From the IMG/VR virus record IMGVR_UViG_3300044568_003751, positions 1-64,000 of that record: a DNA stretch of 64,000 nucleotides, one strand, 5' to 3'. Below, in pieces: positions 12,001 through 18,995 of the stretch. The notes beneath the pieces are model-generated. The model was not told the DNA's origin. It worked only from the letters and a program-made list of their open reading frames with translations, and ran no database searches. Numbering within the stretch: position 1 is the stretch's first letter; the number at the start of each line of letters is the position of its first letter. A program made the translations under genes and the position numbers. This DNA comes from a virus.

Positions 12001-12836
12001 CAGCACAGGTCATGGTAATTGAGCAGTACACCAATAGCATAGTCCCAGATGCCATGGCATTTCGTATATTCCAAGACATGCGTGGAGTGCAGGCCACTTA
12101 TAGAATTACCAATGCTACCACAACCACACTGGCACAGGCATTGACCAGCACAGCAAACGTTGCTTATGTGACCAATGCTGAGGCACTAAGTCAACCAGAC
12201 CTTGCGGCAGGCATTTTTGGTGTGATCACCATAGACGGTGAACGCATCATGTATCGTGAAAGAAATACTGCTCTAAACACAATTTCGGGACTCATGCGTG
12301 GCACAGCAGGTACAGGAGCAGATGATCATGACACAGGTGCTGAGGTGTATGACACAGGACGAGGCAATTTGTTGGCTGAACAGTTTCAGGATTATGTTGT
12401 AAGTGATTCTACCCTGGGAGATGACAGCACCACAGTATTCTACGCACCCAGCATAAGAATTGGTAATTTTGAAGATTCTGCTGTTGAAGTGTCTGCCCTT
12501 GAAGTGTATGTGGGCGGCATGCGTCAATACGCTGAAAGCAATGATGGGTCAACCCTGATTACAACACCCAGCCAGTACCGTTGGAATTGCATAGATGGTG
12601 GTGGTCCTGATTACACTGATAACGAAGGTAATATCACGCACAATCCTCTAACAATAGAGTTTGTTGTAGACAACACAGTGTATCCACCTTTACAAGCCCC
12701 TGCTGCAGGATCAGAAGTTACTATTCTGGTAAGGCAAGGAGTTACCTGGTACGCTCCTGGTACAACCACAGCCAGCGACGGAATTGCACTGCAAGACACC
12801 GACACCGTGGCTGCAAGGTTTTTACGCGGTGCGTAA
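3..12836 (+). CDS. Giant modular virion structural protein (baseplate/tail-associated), 5'-truncated by window edge
   Basis: Frame is open from nt 3 (EGSRVIFAAD...), so the GTG at 63 is not the true start. >4270 aa, Thr/Gly/Val-rich, with FG-GAP-like, CBM-like and 46-aa repeat modules. Followed by other structural genes. Confidence 0.75.
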   Translation, partial: EGSRVIFAADEDADVRNKIYVVSFATPDTIAPLIPQPIIVLTEAADGAVEIDESTVCINGDTSAGFTFWYDGIDWIQAQQKTSVQQAPLFDIYDTDDVSFGDAVKYQSTDFVGSKLFSYAVGDTTILDPVLQFPLQYLNINNVGDIVFNNNLYVDTFTFTTDNVSTVTAISSGSVRQYQTRTTYTKLLGWQTAITEQQIYQQFKFTYTQQTLLLDIAVTAQTSIAVPVIKIYVGSQFIQPSKYTYTVGTDSTTIVLNDTYVPTDIIEVLVISDQTSKVAFYQVPDNLQNNPLNENSPAFTLGTIRTHYQSICENLLELTGPINGANNSRDLGNIIPYGQEILQQSSPLTLAGYFMRSDSYNIFASLQYNSREYIKFKAQMLDAVLTQNNIAFKTTATILDQAIQDITLGKLESQPFYWSDMLPQGITAYSNSYTVGFTTIATFDTVQTYNYASANYLGLCVYLNNDILVRDRDYVVATDGPRLTILDSLASGDVVTINEYSATYGNFVPNTPSKMGLYPKYEPEITILVTSNGTGEFIIGHDGSQTPVFGDIRDQVLLEFETRIYNNIKQDDNPVPLTIENVLPGQFRDTGYTFEEINTIFGTDLLSYLGWNKLNFKEQTFSATNEFTWNYSNTTNRLNNENLLGAWRGIYRYFYDTQQPSYAPWEMLGFSIEPTWWQDSYGPAPYTQDNLVLWDDLEAGLVADPVAPYYKPNYARPGLTSVIPTGGEGELLSPQNSVVGGSVLNQSLNAKYQKSWAIGDGGPVEASWWNSSSYPFSVMHVLAVTRPAKFFALFADRDLYKFNADYDQYLYNNRYRLDANGIEVYGGELNASTGVTTPVSKASYINWIVDYNRQTGVDSTNLLTADLKSLDVRLCYRMASYSDKQYVKLVTEKSSPNSVNTTLTIPDESYNILLYKNQPFDQIKYSSVAVQKVSGGGYAVFGYGTTQPYFEILQSQAVGKLQEYSSGGITVRVPTFYTDSVVQVPYGFVFVNETAVSDFLLSYGKLLEDQGLTFTDQVNGYVLDWPRMVNEFLYWSQQGWGTNSLINLNPLAGGLTVTRAGAVVDSIVTETSENLLLDQNSNEIPTRTLNVVRLGNTFTIQPLSTQSISYVNLRFTNFEHMLVLSNRSTFGDLIYDPVTGARQNRLKLVAVTTNDWNGSVDTPGFILNQDNVQEWTGLRGYSKGEIVKYKNVYWSALTIVQPSANFDFNVWTQSDYSQIELGLLPNLANKADQLANSYNINSANIETDNDLLSYGLIGFKPRQYLAALNLDDVSQVNVYRQFLGTKGTRQATDLFKSANLGKESADYSIYENWAVQRAVYGANANRSFLELRLDRALLSANPSLVQVTVPQQASAADQQIFLENVWRSSRALTSTSILPTTTELPTDTALPGAGYVNLEDVDITVFDITDTASLAANLDSIQVGTSIWVAKINDYDWNIYRARSVPGQIQHVCDNLNGTSRVIFSGQHGLVTGDKLIIKGFDSEINGVYQVLGVPNLNTVNIAFAFTSDRAVANGTGIGLTLQTARVAQASDIAQLPLALDTLPLSKVWVDNNGYSLWEVLEKNNVFSSVVELSPELLDASEQYGASVAQAQNRLAAFVGSPRYGFSSGISKGAVYVYLKSFSDQYVPVSPLGNGDAILTLDATGVRGYGNAVDFGNQNWAVAGASASFGAAGQVDNGYACVIFRDPVLAVPDSIPFAQWQLLTQPAGYGTLLTGAGEFGYSVAMSLDERWMYIGAPGLNSVHAYGYHDWQNQVIKVTGDGVTTVYTIDNTIQINNDYQLKVTLNGQVQTVVTDYTIDASFSTVTFLTTPGVTAAGSFVPGQSYSILTVGTTDFVAIGASANTVGVEFIATGTGSGTGTALVPTLIEFSRYNSFQIPYTAVTYNLDDDINNDGNRVGLFTATNIYSFSITLNGDLLRPNIDYTFAGTTVTFIVALTSIDIVVVNAKGYFEYVATIDSSSVTGGLTAGDRFGQSVSCSTDGRQVLIGTSNRTIDGEVEAGTVYVFDRNVQKFICATTAANTNFTVLGGTPTAPVSVIVNNEFYINETDSVIGADNSFTTNAAIVTVAGTLQVGDVVEIETNQFQQQQQVDQHVVAEFSNFGQAVDMCSNNCSLYVGAPQSSQQTFKGGVVERFVNQSRVYGTLACGNPFGTLTPGNTLRVNNQDVVVPGAWSSATAYNANTVVYNTSGATTVIYVSLQYTPSSTILTNTAYWLQVDSTTVSASVSYRTLAAQINATVSNVIAVVDDHGHLTISTKNLAAAPEYDKLQIAPGSVGTAFQTIAFETFAWTQTITSPYAVQYAGFGSAISIDDTAINLVVGAPRGSLYLETEFDDGTTFFDAGSTIFFSLIIQSGAIYTFDYLPSSSLVVTNPGQFVFGQQINNSQVSSYDTFGTSVNYTSGVLMAGAPKNDNGDSDANFGAVFVFDNPDNLPVWTVIQIQQPTVDIRLLNSVFLYDSITSARTKFLDFINPLQGKILGAARANIDYIGAVDPAAYNVGGVNLKGTTWFEDHVGEVWWDTSTVRFIDPNQDSIVYASRRWAQLFPGSQVDVYQWIRSTTPPSLYAGEGVPQNTLSYTVNSNLSQDGTFATYYYFWVRGITVTATQLGKTLPASTVASYIADPKASGIAYLAPINASTIALYNSADDIEANDTVISIEYDRELTTDNVHVEYELIPQDRADGFLSDSLYRKLQDSFCGVDTFGNKVPDPNLGPAERYGVQFRPRQSMFIDRFSALENYLVRANTVLAQYPISETRSFSLLNSSEPIPVESETINAGSFVVGNTYTIFTVGTTDFTLIGAASNTVGVEFLATGAGTGTGTAVITNWNLQVANLEQLGFQTPIWSNTSGPIPLGYKYLVTTDSSNRGLWTIYTVQNSDTLANTRVLTLTKLQGFNTPDYWSYIDWYRPGYNSSTKVVAEVNTYSALATLTVAIGSSVKVTANAQGKFEIYLLTDLGYERVALEDGTIEFSEELWDYAVGRFGFDVEVFDAQYFDQEPVKETRKIIQAINEELLIDDLGVQRNKALVLMFDYVLSESLAPEWLVKTSLIDVDHNIRQLIPYQNYLVDNQEFVEDYIQEVKPYHVSVREFNLKYTGFDEFFGDIADFDVPAYYNTSLEIPKFTSPILLPYDQGTAFGSPTNIESDLPATSAVWTTWPWSQWYNNHLLQLDSVTVISGGSGYTEPPVVIITGDALVPAQATALINSAGQVVSVSVTSAGSGYSQTPVVTFDGGNGTAAQAYARMTNDLVRSIRTVIKYDRFQYFSNVQTWSTDGTYQDGQLVRYENRVWQATSADSTAVVGPSFDLEDWTEIAPSALTGVDRTMGYYQPGVNQPGLELPLLIDGVDYPGVQVYGNYFSGTPLALDAVYSSEFTDTGLGTLPTDINVEGGEFVGLYEGHAPEELVNGAEFDTLDFRVYTRPGADWNRDGHGFQWSTIRYTYEPAIATDYSWAGLVENPVQVLVSNVTTGLDLAVDIDYTVDWVNQTVALLTAVVEDVFQISVYELGGGSQLYRENYIGGDIGETVVVPVNSAEITSIAVFVNGENVGSVTWEPYADSTVWNTANSYNKLAVVNNNGDYYRALQDVPIGTAISNTLYWFEFVPAQQSLVDFGTEYGATDGVAIVVFGTYTVDAGNFVIGKSYTITTIGTTNWVSIGASSAAVGVSFVATGTGTGTGQASSAYSWSTPQTQIVIVNADTAASKNITMTNSVQGSNPANAVVTRNGLRLRPPAGIEWIGDDSTIGSYPLPQRLGFSQSLIFAPSEVSVWVDNILQNQIVGPSPGTYTVTAYDGTETREVLFVTPPPSGSRILISVSTLADYVIVGEQLQITATVNINDVFAITTWNDTAQQFPLTLVFVGPVTQGFTVTEGYDNTVYDPLFVDGAGTGTYPAGQFIIGNTYTILTAGDTDFVALGAANNIPGTVFITTGIGSGTGTATGTTTVRSSATDAFNNTAGSYDFSIGVSENINDFYLQRSFNNASRLWVTLDGERLFEGVDYTVQGDYLVLASGVIGPAQVMVIEQYTNSIVPDAMAFRIFQDMRGVQATYRITNATTTTLAQALTSTANVAYVTNAEALSQPDLAAGIFGVITIDGERIMYRERNTALNTISGLMRGTAGTGADDHDTGAEVYDTGRGNLLAEQFQDYVVSDSTLGDDSTTVFYAPSIRIGNFEDSAVEVSALEVYVGGMRQYAESNDGSTLITTPSQYRWNCIDGGGPDYTDNEGNITHNPLTIEFVVDNTVYPPLQAPAAGSEVTILVRQGVTWYAPGTTTASDGIALQDTDTVAARFLRGA
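5445..11771 (+). repeat. Four dispersed copies of a ~46-aa module (AGxFxxGxxYTIxTxGTTDFxxIGAxxNTVGxxFxATGxGxGTGxA)
   Basis: Copies at ~5445-5582, 8310-8447, 10863-11000 and 11634-11771, visible in the translation. Confidence 0.9.
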
Positions 12837-12840
12837 ACAA

Positions 12841-12848
12841 CATAAATA
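12841..12848 (+). promoter_or_regulatory. T4-like late promoter (CATAAATA)
   Basis: TAAATA core 7 nt before the ATG at 12856. The same core recurs before many genes. Confidence 0.6.
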
Positions 12849-12855
12849 ACATATC

Positions 12856-13005
12856 ATGCCAAATACACAACCAACCAAAACAGTTGACCCAAAACAGCAG
12901 ACAATGCCCGCCAAACCCAACGAGACTGGAACCATCAATGTGCAAGGATATTTTAGAGTGTTTGATCCAAACACACAGAAAACCATTGTGGAGGGACGAG
13001 CATGA
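12856..13005 (+). CDS. Small 49-aa protein, not in ORF track (MPNTQPTK...TIVEGRA)
   Basis: ATG follows the late promoter and the stop overlaps the next ATG (ATGA). C-terminus resembles the N-terminus of the next gene. Confidence 0.7.
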   Translation: MPNTQPTKTVDPKQQTMPAKPNETGTINVQGYFRVFDPNTQKTIVEGRA

Positions 13006-13607
13006 TCGAAACTGGACCAGCCAAAATTACCGGGCATGTCAAAATTTATGATCCCACAAGTGGTGAAATATTTTATAACGACCATAATGCAATTAACTAT
13101 GAAAATATTTCAGTAGCAATGGCGCAGACACTGAGTGACAGGAATTTAGGATACATCTATCAAATGGCGTTTGGCAACGGTGGTAGCTCAGTAGATCCCA
13201 CTGGTGTGATAACTTATTTGCCGCCCAATACCACAGGACAAAATGCCAGTTTGTACAATCAAACCTATCAAAAAGTAGTGAACGACAATTCAGCAGCTGA
13301 CACTGATCCAATCAACAACAACATGACTGTGTTGCACACAGCAGGCGCTTTTTACAGTGATATTCTGGTGAGTTGTTTGTTGGACTACGGCGAACCAGCA
13401 CAACAACAGGCTTTTGACAATTCAACCAACTTCAATGGCGAATTTGTGTTTGACGAGCTGGGACTCAAGGTGTGGAACGGCGCGGCGGACAATTTGCGTC
13501 TGATAACACATGTGATTTTTCACCCTGTACAAAAAAGTTTAAATCGTCAAATTCAAATTGATTACACATTGAGAATTCAAACTTTAAGCAATATCAATGC
13601 GGTATAA
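13002..13607 (+). CDS. Putative virion structural protein (baseplate/tail)
   Basis: 201 aa in the structural operon, beta-rich (FDELGL...LITHVIFHPVQKSLNRQIQIDYTLRI). Confidence 0.55.
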   Translation: MIETGPAKITGHVKIYDPTSGEIFYNDHNAINYENISVAMAQTLSDRNLGYIYQMAFGNGGSSVDPTGVITYLPPNTTGQNASLYNQTYQKVVNDNSAADTDPINNNMTVLHTAGAFYSDILVSCLLDYGEPAQQQAFDNSTNFNGEFVFDELGLKVWNGAADNLRLITHVIFHPVQKSLNRQIQIDYTLRIQTLSNINAV

Positions 13608-13610
13608 ATA
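13603..13610 (+). promoter_or_regulatory. T4-like late promoter TATAAATA
   Basis: Exact TATAAATA upstream of the SD (AGGA) and the ATG at 13629. Confidence 0.7.
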
Positions 13611-13628
13611 TTGAAATAGGAAACTGAC

Positions 13629-15698
13629 ATGGCATATACAATTAATCTTACTGATGGAACCGTTTTTGCCACAGTCAACGACGGCACAGTGAACACTTCT
13701 AGCAGTGTGACTTTGGTGGGAAAAAACTACGCCGGTTATGGTGAATTTTTAGATGAAAATTTTATCCAGATGCTGGAAAATTTTGCAAAAACCACAGCCC
13801 CTGCAGCTCCGTTGACTGGACAGCTTTGGTTCAACAAAACCAACAACCTGATGAACGTGTACAATGGCACAGCGTTCAAAACACTGTCAATCACAACTGC
13901 CAGTGCTTCTGCTCCCGCGTCCAATGTCCAAGGCGATTTATGGTATGACACTACCAATCAACAGTTGAATGTATACACAGGTTCAGCCTTTTTAGTAGTT
14001 GGACCTGCCTATACCAGCGCAAGTGGCACAGCCGGGGCTATTCCTGAAACTGTAAACGATTCTGGTGGAACTCCATTTTTTGTAACGTCAATATATGCTG
14101 AGAATGCGAGAGTGGCAATCTACAGCAATAATGCCACATTTACTGCAGCAGCTCCTACTGCTACTTTGTTCCCCACAGTTTACAAGGGCGTGACCATGAG
14201 CAATGCCACAGGTACCAACATGAGTGGCAACTTGATTGGCGGGGGCAACGTGACCGTTACCACAAACATCAGTACCGTGATGGCAACATTTACCGGCACT
14301 GGTGCTAACATTGCCGGATATGGTAATATTACAGGCAACATCACCGGTGGCAACATCCTCACTGCTGGCTTGATTTCGGCAACAGGTAATATCGCCGGCG
14401 GCAATGTGCTAGGCGGAGCCAATGTAAATGCCACGTTGTTTACAGGTACCACAATAAGTGTTAGTGGCAACATCACAGGTGGCAATGTGTTAGGTGGGGC
14501 CAATGTCAATGCTACCACTCACACAGGTACTACAGTATCGGTCACTGGCAACATCACAGGTGGCAATGTGCTAGGTGGAGCCAATGTCAATGCTACCACT
14601 CACACAGGAACCACTGTTAGTGTAAGTGGCAATATCACAGGTGGCAACATCCTGACTGCGGGTGCAATCTCGGCCACTGCCAATGTGTCAGGCAATTTCT
14701 TCCTGGGCAACGGATCTCAACTGACAGGCGTTGCTGCAGCAGCATCGGCTGCCCAGATAGAACTTGGTACATCAAATATTAAATTTGCTGGTTCTGGCAA
14801 TGCCGCTACCATAAACATTGGCGGCACTTCAAATGTGGTTGTGATTGACACCACCACGTTGTTTGCCAATGTTGCCAACGTTCAAAGCATCGTAAAAAGC
14901 AGCGCAAATGCAATAGGTAATGTTGGTAGCACAACAAATTATTTCAATCAGATATTTGTGGATAGAGTGAATGCTACCACTGTTTCTGCCTCCGGCAACG
15001 TCACCGGCGGTAATGTGCTAGGTGGAGCCAATGTCAATGCCACGTTGTTTACAGGTACCACAGTAAGTGTCACTGGCAACATCACCGGTGGCAATGTGCT
15101 AGGTGGAGCCAATGTCAACGCAACTACACACACAGGTACCACAGTGAGTGTGAGTGGCAACATCACTGCTGGCAACTTGATTACTTCGGGTACCACAGGC
15201 GTTTTGAGTGTGAACAGTATCACACACACTGGCACCAATGCAATAGGTAACATTGGCAGCTCCAGCAGCTATTTCAATCAAGTGTTTGCCACAGCAACCA
15301 CAGCACTGTATGCTGACGTTGCGGAACGTTTTTGGGCGGATGAAATACTGGAACCAGGCACTGTGGTTGAATTAGGCGGGGTCGCAGAAATCACTAGATC
15401 TGTCACAGAATTAAGTGAAAATGTGTTTGGTGTGATAAGTACTAGAGCAGCATATTTGATGAACGGTGGTGCAGGCGAAAACGACACACATCCTCCAGTT
15501 GCAATGACCGGACGTGTGCCAGTCAAAGTTGTAGGCACAGTACGCAAAGGTGACAGATTAGTTTCAGCAGGCGCAGGCATTGCCAGAGCGGCCCAAGCAG
15601 GAGAAGTCACCGCATTCAATGTAATTGGACGAAGTCTGGTTGACAAACCCACCCTAGAATCAGGTACAATTGAAGCAATTGTGACCATCAAGAACTAA
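13629..15698 (+). CDS. Tail fibre/spike-like protein with 26-aa repeats and C-terminal intramolecular-chaperone (peptidase G2-like) domain
   Basis: GNITGGNVLGGANVNAT repeats. C-terminal YADVAERF...GVIST..AYLMN...GRVPVKV.G...KGD.LVS motif. Confidence 0.7.
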   Translation: MAYTINLTDGTVFATVNDGTVNTSSSVTLVGKNYAGYGEFLDENFIQMLENFAKTTAPAAPLTGQLWFNKTNNLMNVYNGTAFKTLSITTASASAPASNVQGDLWYDTTNQQLNVYTGSAFLVVGPAYTSASGTAGAIPETVNDSGGTPFFVTSIYAENARVAIYSNNATFTAAAPTATLFPTVYKGVTMSNATGTNMSGNLIGGGNVTVTTNISTVMATFTGTGANIAGYGNITGNITGGNILTAGLISATGNIAGGNVLGGANVNATLFTGTTISVSGNITGGNVLGGANVNATTHTGTTVSVTGNITGGNVLGGANVNATTHTGTTVSVSGNITGGNILTAGAISATANVSGNFFLGNGSQLTGVAAAASAAQIELGTSNIKFAGSGNAATINIGGTSNVVVIDTTTLFANVANVQSIVKSSANAIGNVGSTTNYFNQIFVDRVNATTVSASGNVTGGNVLGGANVNATLFTGTTVSVTGNITGGNVLGGANVNATTHTGTTVSVSGNITAGNLITSGTTGVLSVNSITHTGTNAIGNIGSSSSYFNQVFATATTALYADVAERFWADEILEPGTVVELGGVAEITRSVTELSENVFGVISTRAAYLMNGGAGENDTHPPVAMTGRVPVKVVGTVRKGDRLVSAGAGIARAAQAGEVTAFNVIGRSLVDKPTLESGTIEAIVTIKN
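14383..15180 (+). repeat. 78-nt/26-aa tandem repeats in two blocks (~14383-14660, ~14993-15180)
   Basis: ggcaatgtgctaggtggagccaatgtcaatgc recurs with a 78-nt period. Confidence 0.9.
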
Positions 15699-15710
15699 CA
15701 GGGAATAGAA

Positions 15711-16730
15711 ATGACATATTCAAGTCAAGGACTAATACAAGCGGTAGACTATAATGGTTTTGTTGGACCCACTGCCAATGGCGGCACTGCCGGAGCCAAC
15801 TTAAATGATATTTGGGCCACAGGTGCCACCGACAAAGGTTGGGGACAAACCGCAGTAACAAATCCCGTAGCTGCTGATACAGTCACAGCCACACAATGGG
15901 CCAGCCTGGTCAACAACCTGGCCAGTGCAGGGAATCAAACCAGCAGCACACTCACAGCAAGATCAGCACCCACAGTAGGCGAAACCATCAGCATTTTGGC
16001 TGCACTTAACACTGATTTAACCACTGTCACAACCAATCGTGGCAATGCAGCCGACTCGGGCACTGAGTACGGTGTATTTACTACTGCTACTGGTACTTCA
16101 AAGACCAGTGCCACAGGCTCAGGACAAAGTGCCTGGACTATCACATTTACACACACAGTAACATTCCCGTCGGCTGATCAGGCACGTTATTTCTGGAACG
16201 CCGGAGGCATTGTACGCCTCAAGTATGGTAAGTCAAGCACAGGCCAAGATGCTGATGCTGACTGGAATAACTTGGCTGGACAGTGCGGTAGTATAAATCT
16301 CACAGGCCGTGTAAACGGAACCACCCAAACTATCGCGGCGCAGGCCTACACTGGAACCACTCGACTCAGCGGCACCGGCGGCACACAAACCACTCTGGCA
16401 ACCACAACAGGCTGGTACAATCTCACAGGCTCACCCACCACCATATTCCAACTGAATGATGCAGTTGCGCCTTACTCAACCAATTTCATCCGCACTCAAG
16501 CCACAGCCACCAGTTCCACAGTGCTGACCTTGGTCACTGTGTGGAGTGATGACGGCACATCAGGTGCAGGCACCACTGCCAACATCACGGGTGGTACCGG
16601 AGTGACCAGCCCTGCCACTTCAATTGGTGCAGCCACTGCCCCGACCACATTGGTCACTTATATTCCACCAAGCACAACATATCTTTCCAACTCGTGGGGC
16701 ACACCCGCTATTAACGCTGAAGTAGCGTAA
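15711..16730 (+). CDS. Thr/Gly/Ala-rich putative virion protein
   Basis: 339 aa. Composition and position at the end of the structural block. Confidence 0.55.
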   Translation: MTYSSQGLIQAVDYNGFVGPTANGGTAGANLNDIWATGATDKGWGQTAVTNPVAADTVTATQWASLVNNLASAGNQTSSTLTARSAPTVGETISILAALNTDLTTVTTNRGNAADSGTEYGVFTTATGTSKTSATGSGQSAWTITFTHTVTFPSADQARYFWNAGGIVRLKYGKSSTGQDADADWNNLAGQCGSINLTGRVNGTTQTIAAQAYTGTTRLSGTGGTQTTLATTTGWYNLTGSPTTIFQLNDAVAPYSTNFIRTQATATSSTVLTLVTVWSDDGTSGAGTTANITGGTGVTSPATSIGAATAPTTLVTYIPPSTTYLSNSWGTPAINAEVA

Positions 16731-16746
16731 TCGGCTAAAATCTTAC

Positions 16747-16783
16747 AAAAGAGGTAGACTTTGACCTCTTTTTCTTGTACAAT
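16747..16783 (+). terminator. Intrinsic terminator hairpin overlapping a sigma70-like promoter (TAGACT-17-TACAAT)
   Basis: aaaagaggt/acctctttt stem plus T tract. The -10 lies 7 nt before the ATG at 16790. Confidence 0.55.
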
Positions 16784-16789
16784 AAATCT

Positions 16790-17098
16790 ATGGAAACTGA
16801 AAAACTTGTGGCCCATGCACGGGCTCGATTCGATCACGCCACCGCACGTCGCACTCTTAAAGAAAAATACGAGGCCCGAATGTTGTTTGCTCATGACGGC
16901 GGTATGTGGTGTGCCGGACCTAAACTGCAATGTGTGTTGTTGGCCTGTGCTCAAGACAAGGATGTGGTGTTGTTAGACCTGTATGAAACTCCTGTGCGTG
17001 TGAACGTTCCCGAATTGTTTGCTCTATCACATGCTCGTTGGCAAGAGCAAATGAATGCCTGGCATGTGGAACACCAAAATCTCAACAACAACCGATGA
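16790..17098 (+). CDS. Hypothetical protein, first gene of the modification operon
   Basis: ATG directly after the promoter. Stop overlaps the next ATG. Confidence 0.6.
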   Translation: METEKLVAHARARFDHATARRTLKEKYEARMLFAHDGGMWCAGPKLQCVLLACAQDKDVVLLDLYETPVRVNVPELFALSHARWQEQMNAWHVEHQNLNNNR

Positions 17099-17901
17099 CC
17101 ACTGGCGCACTGATATTTGCTTTTGACAATGAATCAACCGACTACGTTACTATGGCTTCATGGAGTGCTAGAAATATTCGTAGGCACCTCAACATACCTA
17201 CCGCCGTGATCACTGATACCCGACCCGAAGATCCGCGACTTCGGGGCTTTGATCAAGTCATCAGGGCCGTTCCTCAATCGGGAGGAACACGTTGGTTTGA
17301 GGATTATCAAGCGACTGTTACATGGCACAACGCAGGTAGAACTGATGCCTATACTCTTTCCCCTTGGGATCAAACCCTAATACTCGATGCTGACTATGTG
17401 GTGGCCAGTGATCAATTGAAGATCTTGCTCAACAGCAATCAAGAGTTTTTGGCACATGCTCATGCATATGACATTACTGGACAAGACAACTTTGTGGGTC
17501 TCAATAAGTACGGAGAGTACAACATTCCCATGTCATGGGCCACAGTGATAATGTTTCAGAAGAGCACTCATGCTCGATTGATATTTGAGTGCATGCAAAT
17601 GATTCGAGACAACTGGCGACACTACAAAGATTTGTATCGAATCGCCAGTTCTACCTATCGCAATGACCATGCACTAAGCGTAGCATTAAATATTGTAAAT
17701 GGACAAACGCTAGAATACACCAGCATACCCTGGGACCTGGCCAGTGTCACTCCCGAGCACACTGTAACTAGGACCAGCAAAGATTGCTACAGAATAGATT
17801 ATATGGATCGAGACAAACGACCACGTTGGACCACCATACGCAATCAAGATTTTCATGCCATGGGCAAACAACATTTGGAGAAAATAATTGAAACCCGTTG
17901 A
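17095..17901 (+). CDS. GT-A fold glycosyltransferase-like protein
   Basis: TLILDADY DxD motif, RNDHALS motif, C-terminal HAMGK. Start revised to the ATGA overlap. Confidence 0.6.
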   Translation: MTTGALIFAFDNESTDYVTMASWSARNIRRHLNIPTAVITDTRPEDPRLRGFDQVIRAVPQSGGTRWFEDYQATVTWHNAGRTDAYTLSPWDQTLILDADYVVASDQLKILLNSNQEFLAHAHAYDITGQDNFVGLNKYGEYNIPMSWATVIMFQKSTHARLIFECMQMIRDNWRHYKDLYRIASSTYRNDHALSVALNIVNGQTLEYTSIPWDLASVTPEHTVTRTSKDCYRIDYMDRDKRPRWTTIRNQDFHAMGKQHLEKIIETR

Positions 17902-18673
17902 GGAGCAAGGCTATCTAATAGTAGCAACCAACACTGCCAACACAGACTATGTGAATTGCAGTGAAACCTTGGCCAAGACCATCAAGTACTGGCACCCTAA
18001 TGCCAGAATCTGCCTGCTTACCAACCATGCCCGTGAGCCGGACCATTTGTTTGATCATGTGCGTGAATTTCCTTTTCCCATTGATGAGGCAAATCCTTAC
18101 GCCAATGACTGGCAAGTGTTCTACGCTACACCATTTCGTGAAACAATCAAACTAGAAGCAGACATGTTGATCACCAGCCCTGTTGATCACTGGTGGACTA
18201 TGTTACGTCATCGTGACGTTGTGGTATCAACCGGCTGTAGAGACTGGAAAGATCAGCGGGCCAAGTCCAGACACTATCGCCAAGTGTTTGATGCCAACAA
18301 TCTGCCTGATGTGTACAATGCCATAACCTACTGGCGTTTAAGCAAAACTGCACAGGAGTTCTTTGTGACAGTGCGCAACATATTTGAAAACTGGCCGCAG
18401 TATCGTGCCATGTTAAAATTCCCCGAAGCGGCACCGTCAACAGATGTGGTGTATGCCATTGCAGCCACTATCGTTGGTCCAGAAACATGCACCATGCCAT
18501 TTGCCAGTTACCCCACTATTGTACACATGAAGCGTCACATTATTGCTGCCAAGCGAGATCCTTGGGTGGACGAATTGATCACTGAGTATCGTGATTATGA
18601 ACTGCGAGTCAATACTGTAGTGCAACGCGGTGCATTTCACTACAATGTAAAAGATTGGCACCATGAACTCTGA
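17888..18673 (+). CDS. GT-A fold glycosyltransferase-like protein (paralogue of previous gene)
   Basis: TPFRETIKLEADM (ExD), STDVVYAIA and HMK motifs align with the previous gene. Confidence 0.55.
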   Translation: MKPVEEQGYLIVATNTANTDYVNCSETLAKTIKYWHPNARICLLTNHAREPDHLFDHVREFPFPIDEANPYANDWQVFYATPFRETIKLEADMLITSPVDHWWTMLRHRDVVVSTGCRDWKDQRAKSRHYRQVFDANNLPDVYNAITYWRLSKTAQEFFVTVRNIFENWPQYRAMLKFPEAAPSTDVVYAIAATIVGPETCTMPFASYPTIVHMKRHIIAAKRDPWVDELITEYRDYELRVNTVVQRGAFHYNVKDWHHEL

Positions 18674-18995
18674 AGAATTCTGGGCAATCTTGCATGCCAT
18701 GCCTGAACCACAACCAGTGTCGTGGCGTTTGTATTACGACCAATCAGGTGAGCCAATAACCTACAGCATGGAACACATGCCTGGTACATACATTGACGTT
18801 GATGCTGAAACCTATGCTCGGGCACCCATGCACGTGAGAGTACAAGACGGTCGTTTAATAGAACTGAAATCAGCTGTGCGCAAACTGGCACCCTCAGACA
18901 CAGGTACCGCTTGCCATCCCGACAATGTGGCCATAGTGGTTGCCGAAACAGAACCACACCAAAGATGGAGTATGAAAACTTATGAATCCAATTGA
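18663..18995 (+). CDS. Hypothetical protein
   Basis: 110 aa, overlapping both neighbours in the operon. Confidence 0.6.
   Translation: MNSEEFWAILHAMPEPQPVSWRLYYDQSGEPITYSMEHMPGTYIDVDAETYARAPMHVRVQDGRLIELKSAVRKLAPSDTGTACHPDNVAIVVAETEPHQRWSMKTYESN

Noticed and set aside
1915-15691. Many 60-140 aa ORFs nested in or antisense to the structural genes
   Set aside because: By-products of codon bias in the long + strand genes.
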